A stretch of DNA of 33,174 bases. Origin: an uncultured Mycoplasmatota bacterium. Lineage in GTDB: Bacteria; Bacillota_I; Bacilli_A; RF39; UBA660. Below, in pieces: positions 16,935-25,351 of the stretch. The stretch lies in the NCBI GenBank assembly GCA_948472605.1, contig CAOKUH010000002.1:1-33174 (forward strand). Direction: 5' to 3'. Numbering within the stretch: the first letter of the stretch is position 1; each line of letters starts with the position of its first letter. Position numbers and translations under genes: made by a program. The notes below the pieces were generated by a model, which was given only the letters and a program-made list of their open reading frames with translations, was not told the DNA's origin and did no database searches.

Positions 16935-18818
16935 ATGAAAAAAATACTGATTATAGTGATTTCTATTTTTTTATTTATACCTAGTATTAAAAATGCAGAT
17001 TCAGTTAATTACACTATTGAAAATTATTATATAGATGCTGATATTAGAGAAAATGGAGATTTAGAAGTTACAGAGTTAATTGTCTTAAAAGGAAGTTTTA
17101 ATGGTTATATAAGAGATATAGTTTATAAAAATAATAGTTTAGGTAATAGTGGATATGCCAATAATAAAATATATAATGCAAGCGATATAGAATTAATAGA
17201 TATATCTGCTAAGAATGTAAAAAATGTTTCTTTTGAAACAATAAATGATCAAGATTATAAAAGTTTAAAAGTAAATCAAGCATCAAATTTAGGCTATTTA
17301 GAGAATGATATTGTTAATGGTAAAAGTTATAAAATGTATTATAAGTCTAATCATGATAAAGTGGCTTTTAAATTAAAATATATTGTTAAAGATGTTGTTG
17401 TACTTCATAATGATGTTGCAGAGGTTTATTGGATGTTTATAGGAAAAGAATACGATGATAAGATTAATGACTTAAAAATAAAAGTAAATCTTCCTAAATA
17501 TGATGATTCGAAAAGCTTTAGAGTATGGGCTCATGGAGAACTATCAGGAGAAATAAAGATGCATGATAATAGTTATATAATGGCAAGTGTTTCCTTTATA
17601 AATGCCTATGAACCAGTTGATATTAGAACTACTTTTGATAAATCATTAGTAAATGAATTTTTAATCGCTAAAAAAAGTAATGATAATGCTTTAGATAATA
17701 TTATAGAAGTTGAAAACTTAAGAGCAGATGAAGCAAATCAAAAAAGAAAACAAATGAAAGTTATATATAATACTTTTAAATTTGGTTCAATAATTTATTT
17801 TGGAGCTTTGATTGTTGCATGGATATTAGTTTATCTTAAGTATGATAAAGAATATAAAAGTACTTATAAAAATGAATATAATAGAGAATTTATTGATGAG
17901 TATAATGTTGAGGTAGTAGATTACTTAATGAATAAAAATATAACTCCTAATGCTCTTAGTGCATCTATTATGAACTTAATCTATAAAAAAGTAATTAAAG
18001 TAGAAGAAATACCCACAACTAAAAATAAAAAAGATTATAAATTTATTCTTATAGATGAAACAAATGTTAATGAAACAGAAAAGTATTTAATAGATTTTTT
18101 ATTTAATAAAGTAGGAAAAGATAATAGTTTTACTTCAAAAGAACTTCATAATTATGCTAAAAATACTACAACTTGTGAAAAGTTTGGAAAAAGTTATACT
18201 ACTTGGAAAAATAAAGTAATAAATGATGGTATAAAAGAAAACTTTTTTGAAAAAAAGGGAAAAAGTTATGCTATAAGTGGTTTATTTTTTCTCGTAGCAA
18301 TTATTATAGTTATTTTAGCTTTAGTATTTAATGTTGTAATGCCTTTTGTATTTATTAATTTGATTTTTTCTCTTATTTTTCTTTTATATACTTTTGCATT
18401 TTTTAAAAGAACTAAAAAAGGTAATGAAGATTTTGCTAAATGGAAAGCGTTTAAAAAGTTTTTGAATGATTTTGGAAGATTTGATTTAAAAGAATTACCA
18501 GAGGTTATTTTATGGGAACGTTACATGGTATATGCTACTATTTTTGGTTTAGCTTCTAAAGTCTCTAAGTGTATGAATGTTAAAATAAAAGAGTTAGAAG
18601 AAAGTGGCATTTATGTTGGAGGATATTATCCAAGTTTTAATGATTTTTATGTTTTTAATTCACTAAATCATGTATTTACTAATGCTATAAATTCCAATAG
18701 TACAGCAATCACTGAAAAACGTGCTAACTCAATTTCTTCCAGTGGCTCTGGTTTTGGCGGAGGATTTTCGGGAGGTTCAGGCTTCGGTGGCGGTGGTGGA
18801 GGCGGCCGAGGTTTTTAA
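16935..18818 (+). CDS. DUF2207 domain membrane protein with Gly-rich C-terminal tail
   Basis: Signal peptide, a large extracytoplasmic N-domain and central/C-terminal TM helices, with a terminal SSSGSGFGGGFSGGSGFGGGGGGGRGF tail. This is the usual partner architecture found downstream of lemA. Confidence 0.8.
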   Translation: MKKILIIVISIFLFIPSIKNADSVNYTIENYYIDADIRENGDLEVTELIVLKGSFNGYIRDIVYKNNSLGNSGYANNKIYNASDIELIDISAKNVKNVSFETINDQDYKSLKVNQASNLGYLENDIVNGKSYKMYYKSNHDKVAFKLKYIVKDVVVLHNDVAEVYWMFIGKEYDDKINDLKIKVNLPKYDDSKSFRVWAHGELSGEIKMHDNSYIMASVSFINAYEPVDIRTTFDKSLVNEFLIAKKSNDNALDNIIEVENLRADEANQKRKQMKVIYNTFKFGSIIYFGALIVAWILVYLKYDKEYKSTYKNEYNREFIDEYNVEVVDYLMNKNITPNALSASIMNLIYKKVIKVEEIPTTKNKKDYKFILIDETNVNETEKYLIDFLFNKVGKDNSFTSKELHNYAKNTTTCEKFGKSYTTWKNKVINDGIKENFFEKKGKSYAISGLFFLVAIIIVILALVFNVVMPFVFINLIFSLIFLLYTFAFFKRTKKGNEDFAKWKAFKKFLNDFGRFDLKELPEVILWERYMVYATIFGLASKVSKCMNVKIKELEESGIYVGGYYPSFNDFYVFNSLNHVFTNAINSNSTAITEKRANSISSSGSGFGGGFSGGSGFGGGGGGGRGF

Positions 18819-18822
18819 AAAT

Positions 18823-18850
18823 TTGACAATTTTAATTTTTAAAGTATAAT
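18823..18850 (+). promoter_or_regulatory. near-consensus sigma-A promoter
   Basis: TTGACA (18823-18828), 16-nt spacer, TATAAT (18845-18850). It lies 49 nt upstream of the 18900 start. Confidence 0.55.
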
Positions 18851-18899
18851 ACTCCTATCTAAAAAGTTATAATAAGGAAGTTATTTAAGGAGAAAAAAT

Positions 18900-20276
18900 A
18901 TGTATATTGAAATTGGAATAAAAGTATTAAATACTAGTAAAGAAGAGATAAAAGAAATCTTATGTCAGAATTTATTAAAAGAAGGAAAATATTTTGAATT
19001 AATGGAAGTTTCAGAAAAGTCTTTTTATAAGCAATTAAAAAATATCCAAAAAAAGGATATAGAATTCGAAATAGGAAAAAAACGTCGATTTAATATACAT
19101 GCTATAAAAGAAAGTATAAAAAGAAAAATTAAATTGGGTATTTTTATAGCTTTATTTAGCATTTATATAAAAGCAAATTGGATAACTTTCTTAACTAAAC
19201 AAATAAATCAAATAAATATAGAAAATATTTATGATAATGAAGATTTAAGAAAATTAGAACAAATAAAAAAGCAATATCAAGATGATATTTCAAAGTACGC
19301 TGATGAAATAAATGAATTAAACCTTGAAGATTTAGAAATAATTATAAAAGAAATGGCCGATATGTGGAAAAATATATATGGTTATAAGAGTCCAAACTTT
19401 TTATATGATGAAAAAGGAATATTTCAATATAACCTTTATTACACCAATTATGGAGTATGTCGTGAGTTTGCTTCAGATTGTGCTGTTAGATTAAACGAAA
19501 TTAATTCTTCCTATAATGCCCAAGCTGTTGCAGTTAAATTTAAAGATGTTTATCTAAACGATTTACCACGTAATATTTTTGGTGAAACAGAAAAAAGTGC
19601 AGAAAACTCGTTTTTAAGTGAGTTATTATTGAATTTAATAATAAAAGAAATGGGAAATCATATGGTAGTTTTACTAACTATTCCTGATAAAAATTATACA
19701 TTATTAATAGATCCAACGAATCCTTCAATTGGACTAGTAGATAATGGTAATATTTATATATTTGGTTCTAATCAAGTTTACAAAGATTATATGGAATTTG
19801 TTGATGTAAATTATTATAAAAATTGGGATGAATTTTTTAATTATTGCAAATTGAAAATTCAAAGTTATTTTAATGGAGTAACACCTAATGAACTTTTAGA
19901 AGAGTATGGAATAGATAATCAAAATAAAACTTTAAATGAAGTAGCAAATATTGAAACTAAATATCGTACGTTTAGTGGGGATATGCTAACTAGTGTTATT
20001 AAGGATGAAGCTTGTGGATATGAAACATATACCGAAAATGATACAATTGTTATAAAACCAATTGATATTGAATTAATAGAAACTACTACTATTTCTGAAG
20101 CTTTATATCATGTTGTTAATTTACAGGTTAAAAATGATATAAATGTAAAAAAGATTCAAGTTTATAGTTATAATGAAGATATTGATTTAGATAAGATAGA
20201 TTTTAATAGAGAGCAAATATTTTGCAATATATTAGATGGTCTAAATAATTCTTATTCTCACATATTAAAAAAATAG
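18900..20276 (+). CDS. hypothetical membrane-anchored protein, possible transglutaminase/papain-like Cys-His-Asp fold
   Basis: AAGGAG RBS. TM helix LGIFIALFSIYIKANWITFL. Ordered candidate triad YGVCREFASDCAVRL ... GNHMVVLLTI ... LLIDPTN. The fold assignment is an inference from motif order only. Confidence 0.5.
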   Translation: MYIEIGIKVLNTSKEEIKEILCQNLLKEGKYFELMEVSEKSFYKQLKNIQKKDIEFEIGKKRRFNIHAIKESIKRKIKLGIFIALFSIYIKANWITFLTKQINQINIENIYDNEDLRKLEQIKKQYQDDISKYADEINELNLEDLEIIIKEMADMWKNIYGYKSPNFLYDEKGIFQYNLYYTNYGVCREFASDCAVRLNEINSSYNAQAVAVKFKDVYLNDLPRNIFGETEKSAENSFLSELLLNLIIKEMGNHMVVLLTIPDKNYTLLIDPTNPSIGLVDNGNIYIFGSNQVYKDYMEFVDVNYYKNWDEFFNYCKLKIQSYFNGVTPNELLEEYGIDNQNKTLNEVANIETKYRTFSGDMLTSVIKDEACGYETYTENDTIVIKPIDIELIETTTISEALYHVVNLQVKNDINVKKIQVYSYNEDIDLDKIDFNREQIFCNILDGLNNSYSHILKK

Positions 20277-20366
20277 TATAAAAAATCTATATGAAAGAAA
20301 TTGAAGTTAATTAATTTCTTTTTTTTAAATATTTGGTATGGTAAAATTATTTTAAGAGGAGAAATT

Positions 20367-20999
20367 ATGCAAAAGTTAATAGATGGCGAGATAGTAGATG
20401 TAATAATTATTCATAAAAATAATAAAAATATTTATTTACGTTTTAAAGAAGATAAAAAATTATATGCAACATGTAATAAATTTGTTAAAGAAAAAGATAT
20501 TGAAAAATTAATTGATGATAATATAATTAAAATAACTAATATGTATAGGGAAATAAAAAAACTTAGCTATAATAATTTATTTTTTAGTTATTTAGGTAAA
20601 AAATATACTATAGTTTATAATGAAAATGTAAAAGAACCATATTTTGATGAAGATTTCATATTTGCTAGAAATGAAAGAAACTTACAAAAATTTTATCAAA
20701 AAGAAACAATCAGAATATTTAACTTAGAAGTTGAAAGAATAATTCCTTATTTTAAAAACATTCCTAAATTTTCCTTGAAAATACGTAATATGAAAACTAG
20801 ATGGGGTGTTAATAATCGAGGAAATAATACGATTACTTTAAATAGTGAACTTTTGAAAAAAGATATTGATCTTTTAGATTATGTTATAATTCATGAGTTA
20901 TGCCATTTTTATGAAGCTAATCATAGTAGTAAATTTTGGGCACATGTTGAAAAATATTATCCTAAATACAAAGAAGCTAGAAAGAGATTAAGGAGTTAA
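20367..20999 (+). CDS. DUF45 / YgjP-like (M48-related) zinc metallopeptidase family protein
   Basis: C-terminal block RWGVNNRGNNTITLNSELLKKDIDLLDYVIIHELCHFYEANHSSKFW with HExxH. The ATG at 20367 has an AGAGGAG RBS. The TTG at 20301 in the ORF track is an extension. Confidence 0.8.
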   Translation: MQKLIDGEIVDVIIIHKNNKNIYLRFKEDKKLYATCNKFVKEKDIEKLIDDNIIKITNMYREIKKLSYNNLFFSYLGKKYTIVYNENVKEPYFDEDFIFARNERNLQKFYQKETIRIFNLEVERIIPYFKNIPKFSLKIRNMKTRWGVNNRGNNTITLNSELLKKDIDLLDYVIIHELCHFYEANHSSKFWAHVEKYYPKYKEARKRLRS

Positions 21000-21004
21000 G
21001 AAAA

Positions 21005-21724
21005 ATGAAAATAGAATCATTAACTAATACTCATGTTAAAGAGTGGGTTAAATTAAAAAATAAAAAATATCGTGATGAAGTAGGTTTATTTCTTATTGAA
21101 GGAGACCATTTAATTAATGAGGCTAGGAAAAAGAATTTGATTAAAGAAATAATTTCAATAACTAATGAACAGGCGGATTTTTATGTAACTAAAGAAATTA
21201 TGAAGAAAATAAGTAGCCAAGTAAGTATTGCAAATAATATAGCTGTTTGTTATAAAATTAAAGAACAAGAATTAAAGGGAAACATTGTTTTGTTAGATAA
21301 CATTCAAGATCCAGGTAATTTAGGAACAATAATTAGAAGTGCTGTTGCTTTTGGTTTTAAAAATATAATTTTAAGTGATGATACAGTTGATTTATATAAT
21401 GATAAAGTAATTAGAGCCAGTGAGGGAATGATTTTTCATATTAATGTCTTAAGAAAGAATTTAGAACTTTTTTTAGAAGAGTTAAAACAAAATTATCAAA
21501 TACTTATCACAGATGTTATGCAAGGAGAAAACATAAAAAAAATTAAACATACTAAAAATATAGCTTTAATTATAGGAAATGAAGGTAATGGGGTAAAAGA
21601 TAATTTGAAAAAATATGCTAATAATTTTGTTAAAATAAATATGGATGAAACTTGCGAATCGTTAAATGCTTCAATAGCTGCAAGTATCTTAATGTATGAA
21701 ATAATGGAGAGTAAAAATGAATGA
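21005..21724 (+). CDS. TrmH/SpoU family RNA 2'-O-methyltransferase
   Basis: SPOUT motifs LDNIQDPGNLGTIIRSAVAFGF, LIIGNEGNGV and ESLNASIAASILMYE. Confidence 0.9.
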   Translation: MKIESLTNTHVKEWVKLKNKKYRDEVGLFLIEGDHLINEARKKNLIKEIISITNEQADFYVTKEIMKKISSQVSIANNIAVCYKIKEQELKGNIVLLDNIQDPGNLGTIIRSAVAFGFKNIILSDDTVDLYNDKVIRASEGMIFHINVLRKNLELFLEELKQNYQILITDVMQGENIKKIKHTKNIALIIGNEGNGVKDNLKKYANNFVKINMDETCESLNASIAASILMYEIMESKNE

Positions 21725-22211
21725 TTTTATTTTAATAGGAAAAATTGTAAATACACATGGAATTAAAGGAGAAGTTAAAATACTTAGTGATTTTGAATAT
21801 AAGGAAAGAGTATTTAAGCCTAATATAGAAATATATATTGGAAAGGATAAGAATAAAGAAGTAATTAAAACTTATCGTCATCATAAACAATTTGAAATGA
21901 TTACTATGGATGAATATAGTAATATTAATGAGGTATTAAAGTATAAAAGTCAAAATGTTTATGTTAAAAGAAGTATTTTAGAATTAAACTCAAATGAGTA
22001 TTTATATGAAGATTTAATTGATATGGAAATAATAGAAGATAAAAAAGTATTAGGTAAAATTAAAGATATCGTGTATAATAAAAACAATATATTATTATAT
22101 ATTAAAGGAGAAAAATATTTTTATATTCCTCTTAATAATGAATATGTTAAAAATGTTGATCTGGTAAATAAAAAAGTTTTGGTTGATGGGGGGTCTAATT
22201 TAATATTATGA
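21717..22211 (+). CDS. rimM: 16S rRNA processing protein RimM
   Basis: ILIGKIVNTHGIKGEVKI N-terminal barrel motif plus a PRC-like C-terminus. It overlaps the upstream gene by 8 nt and trmD by 4 nt (ATGA). Confidence 0.9.
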   Translation: MNDFILIGKIVNTHGIKGEVKILSDFEYKERVFKPNIEIYIGKDKNKEVIKTYRHHKQFEMITMDEYSNINEVLKYKSQNVYVKRSILELNSNEYLYEDLIDMEIIEDKKVLGKIKDIVYNKNNILLYIKGEKYFYIPLNNEYVKNVDLVNKKVLVDGGSNLIL

Positions 22212-22870
22212 AGATTGATATATTAACCCTTTTTCCAGGAATGTTTGAAGGTTTCTTAAATGAATCTATTATTAAAAGGGCTATAGATAAAAAAGTTGTA
22301 GAGATAAACCTTGTTAATTTTCGCGATTTTTCTAAATTAAATAATAGTCAAGTGGATGATACACCATATGGAGGAGGTTCGGGGATGGTTTTGATGCCTG
22401 GACCAATTGTCGATGCTATAGATGCCTATAGAAAGCCTTTTACAAAAGTAATACTCATGTGTCCTCAAGGTAAGGTATATAATGAACGAAAAGCTCATGA
22501 ATTAAAAGAAGAGAAACATATAATTTTAGTTTGTGGCCATTATGAAGGTTTTGATGAAAGAATTAGAGAATTTGTCGATGAAGAAATAAGTATAGGTGAT
22601 TATATCTTAACTGGGGGAGAAATACCTGCTATGGTTGTAAGTGATAGTATTATAAGATTATTAGATGGTGTTATAAAAAAAGAATCTTATTTAGAAGAGT
22701 CATTTACTAATAATCTGCTTGATTATCCAGTTTATACTAAGCCAAGAAATTTTAGAGGATTTAAAGTTCCTGATATCTTGCTTAGTGGAGATCATAAGAA
22801 AATAGATGAATGGCGTAAAAGCGAACAACTGAAAAAAACCGAACAAAAAAGAATTGATTTATTAAAGTAG
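22208..22870 (+). CDS. trmD: tRNA (guanine37-N1)-methyltransferase TrmD
   Basis: MKIDILTLFPGMF, DDTPYGGGSGMVL, LVCGHYEGFDERI and SIGDYILTGGEIPAMV. Confidence 0.97.
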   Translation: MKIDILTLFPGMFEGFLNESIIKRAIDKKVVEINLVNFRDFSKLNNSQVDDTPYGGGSGMVLMPGPIVDAIDAYRKPFTKVILMCPQGKVYNERKAHELKEEKHIILVCGHYEGFDERIREFVDEEISIGDYILTGGEIPAMVVSDSIIRLLDGVIKKESYLEESFTNNLLDYPVYTKPRNFRGFKVPDILLSGDHKKIDEWRKSEQLKKTEQKRIDLLK

Positions 22871-22880
22871 GGTGAAATTT

Positions 22881-23330
22881 ATGGAAAATTATATAATAAA
22901 AAAACGTAATAAAAATAAAAAGATAAGCAAATTCGATTTTGAAGAAACAGGATATGTTTTTAAACCAAATATTAAAAGTAAAAACTTAATTGAAATAACT
23001 AATTTGTCTATTTTAAATGTTGAATTGACTAATGTTATTTTAAAGAAAAAATTAGATAAATCTTTTCGTAAATTAGCAAGAATTATTTTAAGTGTTTTGA
23101 AAGATGAAGAAAGTAATAGTGGAGACATTCTTATTGCTTTAGATGAATTAGCTAAAGAAAAAAGTATTATTACTAGAAAGTATAAAGAATATCTAAAAAA
23201 AGAAGAAAGAGATAAATATTTAAAAAGATTAAATCTTTTAGAAGCGCAATTAAAAGAAAAGTTATTTTATTTGAATTTGATAGAAGAAAGAAAAAGAGCT
23301 GAAACTATGGAAAAAGGTCATAGTAGGTAA
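22881..23330 (+). CDS. hypothetical Lys/Glu-rich, probably coiled-coil protein
   Basis: ORF immediately after trmD. The ATG at 22881 has a GGGTGA RBS-like sequence 6 nt upstream (the ORF-track GTG at 22872 is the alternative). No recognisable motif. Confidence 0.55.
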   Translation: MENYIIKKRNKNKKISKFDFEETGYVFKPNIKSKNLIEITNLSILNVELTNVILKKKLDKSFRKLARIILSVLKDEESNSGDILIALDELAKEKSIITRKYKEYLKKEERDKYLKRLNLLEAQLKEKLFYLNLIEERKRAETMEKGHSR

Positions 23331-23429
23331 TAATTATAGACATATTTAAAAGTTTATGCTATATTATGAATGCATAAGTATTATGCTATGCAAAATTGCA
23401 TATAATATTAATGCTACTAAGTAGCAATA

Positions 23430-23545
23430 AAAAAAGTGGTGAATCCAGCCATTAAATTGGAACTTAAAAAAGCGGTGAATCCAGCCATTAAATTGGAACT
23501 TAAAAAAGCGGTGAATCCAGCCATTAAATTGGAACTTAAAAAAGT
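23430..23545 (+). ncRNA. toxI: ToxI-like type III antitoxin RNA: 3 full + 1 partial tandem 36-nt repeats
   Basis: Exact 36-nt period: copies at 23430-23465, 23466-23501 and 23502-23537, with an 8-nt partial copy at 23538-23545. The unit is AAAAAAG(T/C)GGTGAATCCAGCCATTAAATTGGAACTT, and only one substitution (T in copy 1, C in copies 2 and 3) was seen. The array is noncoding and sits directly upstream of a terminator and a ToxN-family gene. Confidence 0.85.
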
Positions 23546-23580
23546 AAGATTAGAGACTCAACTCTAATCTTTAGTTATTT
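23546..23580 (+). terminator. hairpin terminator/attenuator between the repeat array and toxN
   Basis: 10-bp stem AAGATTAGAG (23546-23555) / CTCTAATCTT (23562-23571) with a 6-nt loop, followed by the interrupted T tract TAGTTATTT. A weak tail fits a leaky terminator, as described for ToxIN loci. Confidence 0.7.
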
Positions 23581-23605
23581 ATGATGGGAAAAGGGTTGAT
23601 ATAAA

Positions 23606-24115
23606 ATGATATTTAATTTAAAAATCGTTCAAGTAAATTCAGATTATTGTGATTATTTAAGAAAATTTGATAATCGTGTATCTTATAATAAATATGAAAA
23701 AGAATTAAGACCATTTGTGGGAATATTATTTAAAATAGATTGTTATGAATATTTTGCTCCATTATCAAGCCCTAAAAATAAACATAAAAAAATGAAAAAT
23801 ACAATTGATTTTCTTAAAATAAAAAATGGCGAACTTGGAGCTGTTAATTTTAATAATATGATACCAGTTTATGAAAAAAATTATTCTTTGATCAATTTAA
23901 ATAGAGAAAGTTTAACAAAAACAGAGTTTAAATATTGTAAATTATTAAAAGAACAATTATCTTGGTTAAATGAAAACTATGAGCAAGTAAAAAATAAATC
24001 TTCAAAACTATATAAATTATATATTGAAAAAAAATTATCTAATAATATAAAATCAAGATGTTGTAATTTTAAATTATTAGAAGAAAAATGTTTAGAATAT
24101 AATAATTATAAATAA
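23606..24115 (+). CDS. toxN: ToxN/AbiQ family type III toxin endoribonuclease
   Basis: 169 aa. Recalled similarity to Pectobacterium ToxN: YFAPLSSPKNKH vs YLAPLTSPKKWH, CNFKLLEEK vs CNFSLLEEK, and N-terminal ..SDYCDYLRKFDNRV.. vs ..SKYIEYLKEFDDKV.. Size and genetic context (repeats plus terminator upstream) also match. Confidence 0.9.
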   Translation: MIFNLKIVQVNSDYCDYLRKFDNRVSYNKYEKELRPFVGILFKIDCYEYFAPLSSPKNKHKKMKNTIDFLKIKNGELGAVNFNNMIPVYEKNYSLINLNRESLTKTEFKYCKLLKEQLSWLNENYEQVKNKSSKLYKLYIEKKLSNNIKSRCCNFKLLEEKCLEYNNYK

Positions 24116-24120
24116 AAAAT

Positions 24121-24149
24121 TTGCATTATTGTAGTTTTTTTGTTATAAT
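24121..24149 (+). promoter_or_regulatory. sigma-A promoter for rplS-lepB
   Basis: TTGCAT (24121-24126), 17-nt spacer, TATAAT (24144-24149) preceded by TGt (extended -10). Confidence 0.6.
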
Positions 24150-24235
24150 ATTTTTGCTTTTTAAGCATGTAATCCGCTAAAAAGGAGTTTTATGATTACA
24201 GAAGATATAATTTTTTTAAGAAAGGATGTATGATT

Positions 24236-24598
24236 ATGGCTAATTTAGTCGACAAAATTAATAAAAAGCATATGAAACCAAACATTCCTGAATTCCGTGT
24301 TGGAGATATTGTAAGAGTTGATGTTTGGGTAAAAGAAGGAAAAAAAGAAAGAATACAAGCATTTGAAGGTATTGTAATTGCCCGTAAAGGTTCAGGAGTA
24401 TCTGAAACATTTTCTGTACGTAAAAAATCTGGTAGTATTGGGGTAGTTAGAGTATTTCCAATTAATACTCCAACAATTGATAAAATTACAGTTGTTAAAA
24501 AAGGTATGGTACGTCGTGCTAAACTTAACTTTATTAAAAATATGCGTAAAGAATATAAAGTTAAAGAAAGAAATAGCACAGTTAAAGGAGCAGAATAA
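24236..24598 (+). CDS. rplS: 50S ribosomal protein L19 (bL19)
   Basis: PEFRVGDIVRVDVWVKEGKKERIQAFEGIVIARKGSGVSETFSVRK...GVVRVFPINTPTIDKITVVKKGMVRRAKL is typical bL19. The ATG at 24236 has 9-nt spacing from AAAGGA. The alternative ATG at 24230 (ORF track) would add MI. Confidence 0.95.
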   Translation: MANLVDKINKKHMKPNIPEFRVGDIVRVDVWVKEGKKERIQAFEGIVIARKGSGVSETFSVRKKSGSIGVVRVFPINTPTIDKITVVKKGMVRRAKLNFIKNMRKEYKVKERNSTVKGAE

Positions 24599-24665
24599 TC
24601 TGTTTCTTTTTTCTTTTATAAATAATAATAATGTTGTATAATAATAACGAAAGAGGAAATAAAAT

Positions 24666-25166
24666 ATGAAATCAAAAATCATAAAAAACTTAAAAGAGTT
24701 GTTACCTTATATAGTAATACTATTAATAGTTATTTTAATAAGAACCTTTATTGCTACCCCTATAAAAGTGAATGGAAGTTCTATGTATAAAACCTTAGAT
24801 GGCTCAGAATTTATGATTTTAAATAAACTAGCCAAAATTGAGAGATTTGATATCATTGTATTAGATACTAATGATGATGAATTAATAAAAAGAGTATATG
24901 GCTTACCAGGAGAAAAAATAGCTATTGAAAATAATAATATTTATGTAAATGATAAAAAGATAGAAGATATTTATGCAACTGGAGAAACAAGTGATTATGA
25001 ATGCATTACTTTAAAAGACGATGAATACTTTGTCTTAGGAGATAATAGAAAAATATCTTTAGATAGTAGAACGATAGGTCCAATCAAAAAGAATCAAATA
25101 AAGGGAACAACTAATTTTATAATTTATCCTTTTAATCGTTTTGGTATACTGGAAAAAAATAAATAA
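24666..25166 (+). CDS. lepB: signal peptidase I
   Basis: N-terminal TM helix, catalytic Ser box VNGSSMYKTL, Lys box IKRVYGLPGEKI and VLGDNRKISLDSR. Confidence 0.92.
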   Translation: MKSKIIKNLKELLPYIVILLIVILIRTFIATPIKVNGSSMYKTLDGSEFMILNKLAKIERFDIIVLDTNDDELIKRVYGLPGEKIAIENNNIYVNDKKIEDIYATGETSDYECITLKDDEYFVLGDNRKISLDSRTIGPIKKNQIKGTTNFIIYPFNRFGILEKNK

Positions 25167-25351
25167 AAAGTAGTAATTATGAAAATAAATAAAAAGGGTT
25201 TAAATTAAATAGTTTTAAAATTTTATTCTTGTATTTTTACTTATATGTGAAATTGTTCCATTACTCCCTTTTTATATAAATTAAAATTCTTATTAAGACT
25301 TGTAAAAAGTAAATTAATAAAAATAAAAAATATTTAGGAGAGTTAGGGAAA

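Noticed and set aside
18735-18818. The locally GC-rich GGT/GGC repeat tract could be a noncoding repeat or mobile-element end.
   Set aside because: It is in frame and encodes the Gly/Ser/Phe-rich C-terminal tail of the DUF2207 protein. It is low-complexity coding sequence.
23430-23545. The 36-nt direct repeats could be a small CRISPR array.
   Set aside because: The repeats are contiguous, with no spacers between them, and there are only 3.2 copies. No cas genes are nearby, and the array is followed by a terminator and a ToxN-family gene. A type III antitoxin RNA array explains it better.
24196-24682. The minus-strand ORFs 24196..24579 and 24392..24682 could be genes.
   Set aside because: They are antisense to the unmistakable rplS gene, and their composition (Leu/Phe/Ile/Ser/Thr-rich, no RBS) is typical of shadow ORFs in AT-rich DNA.
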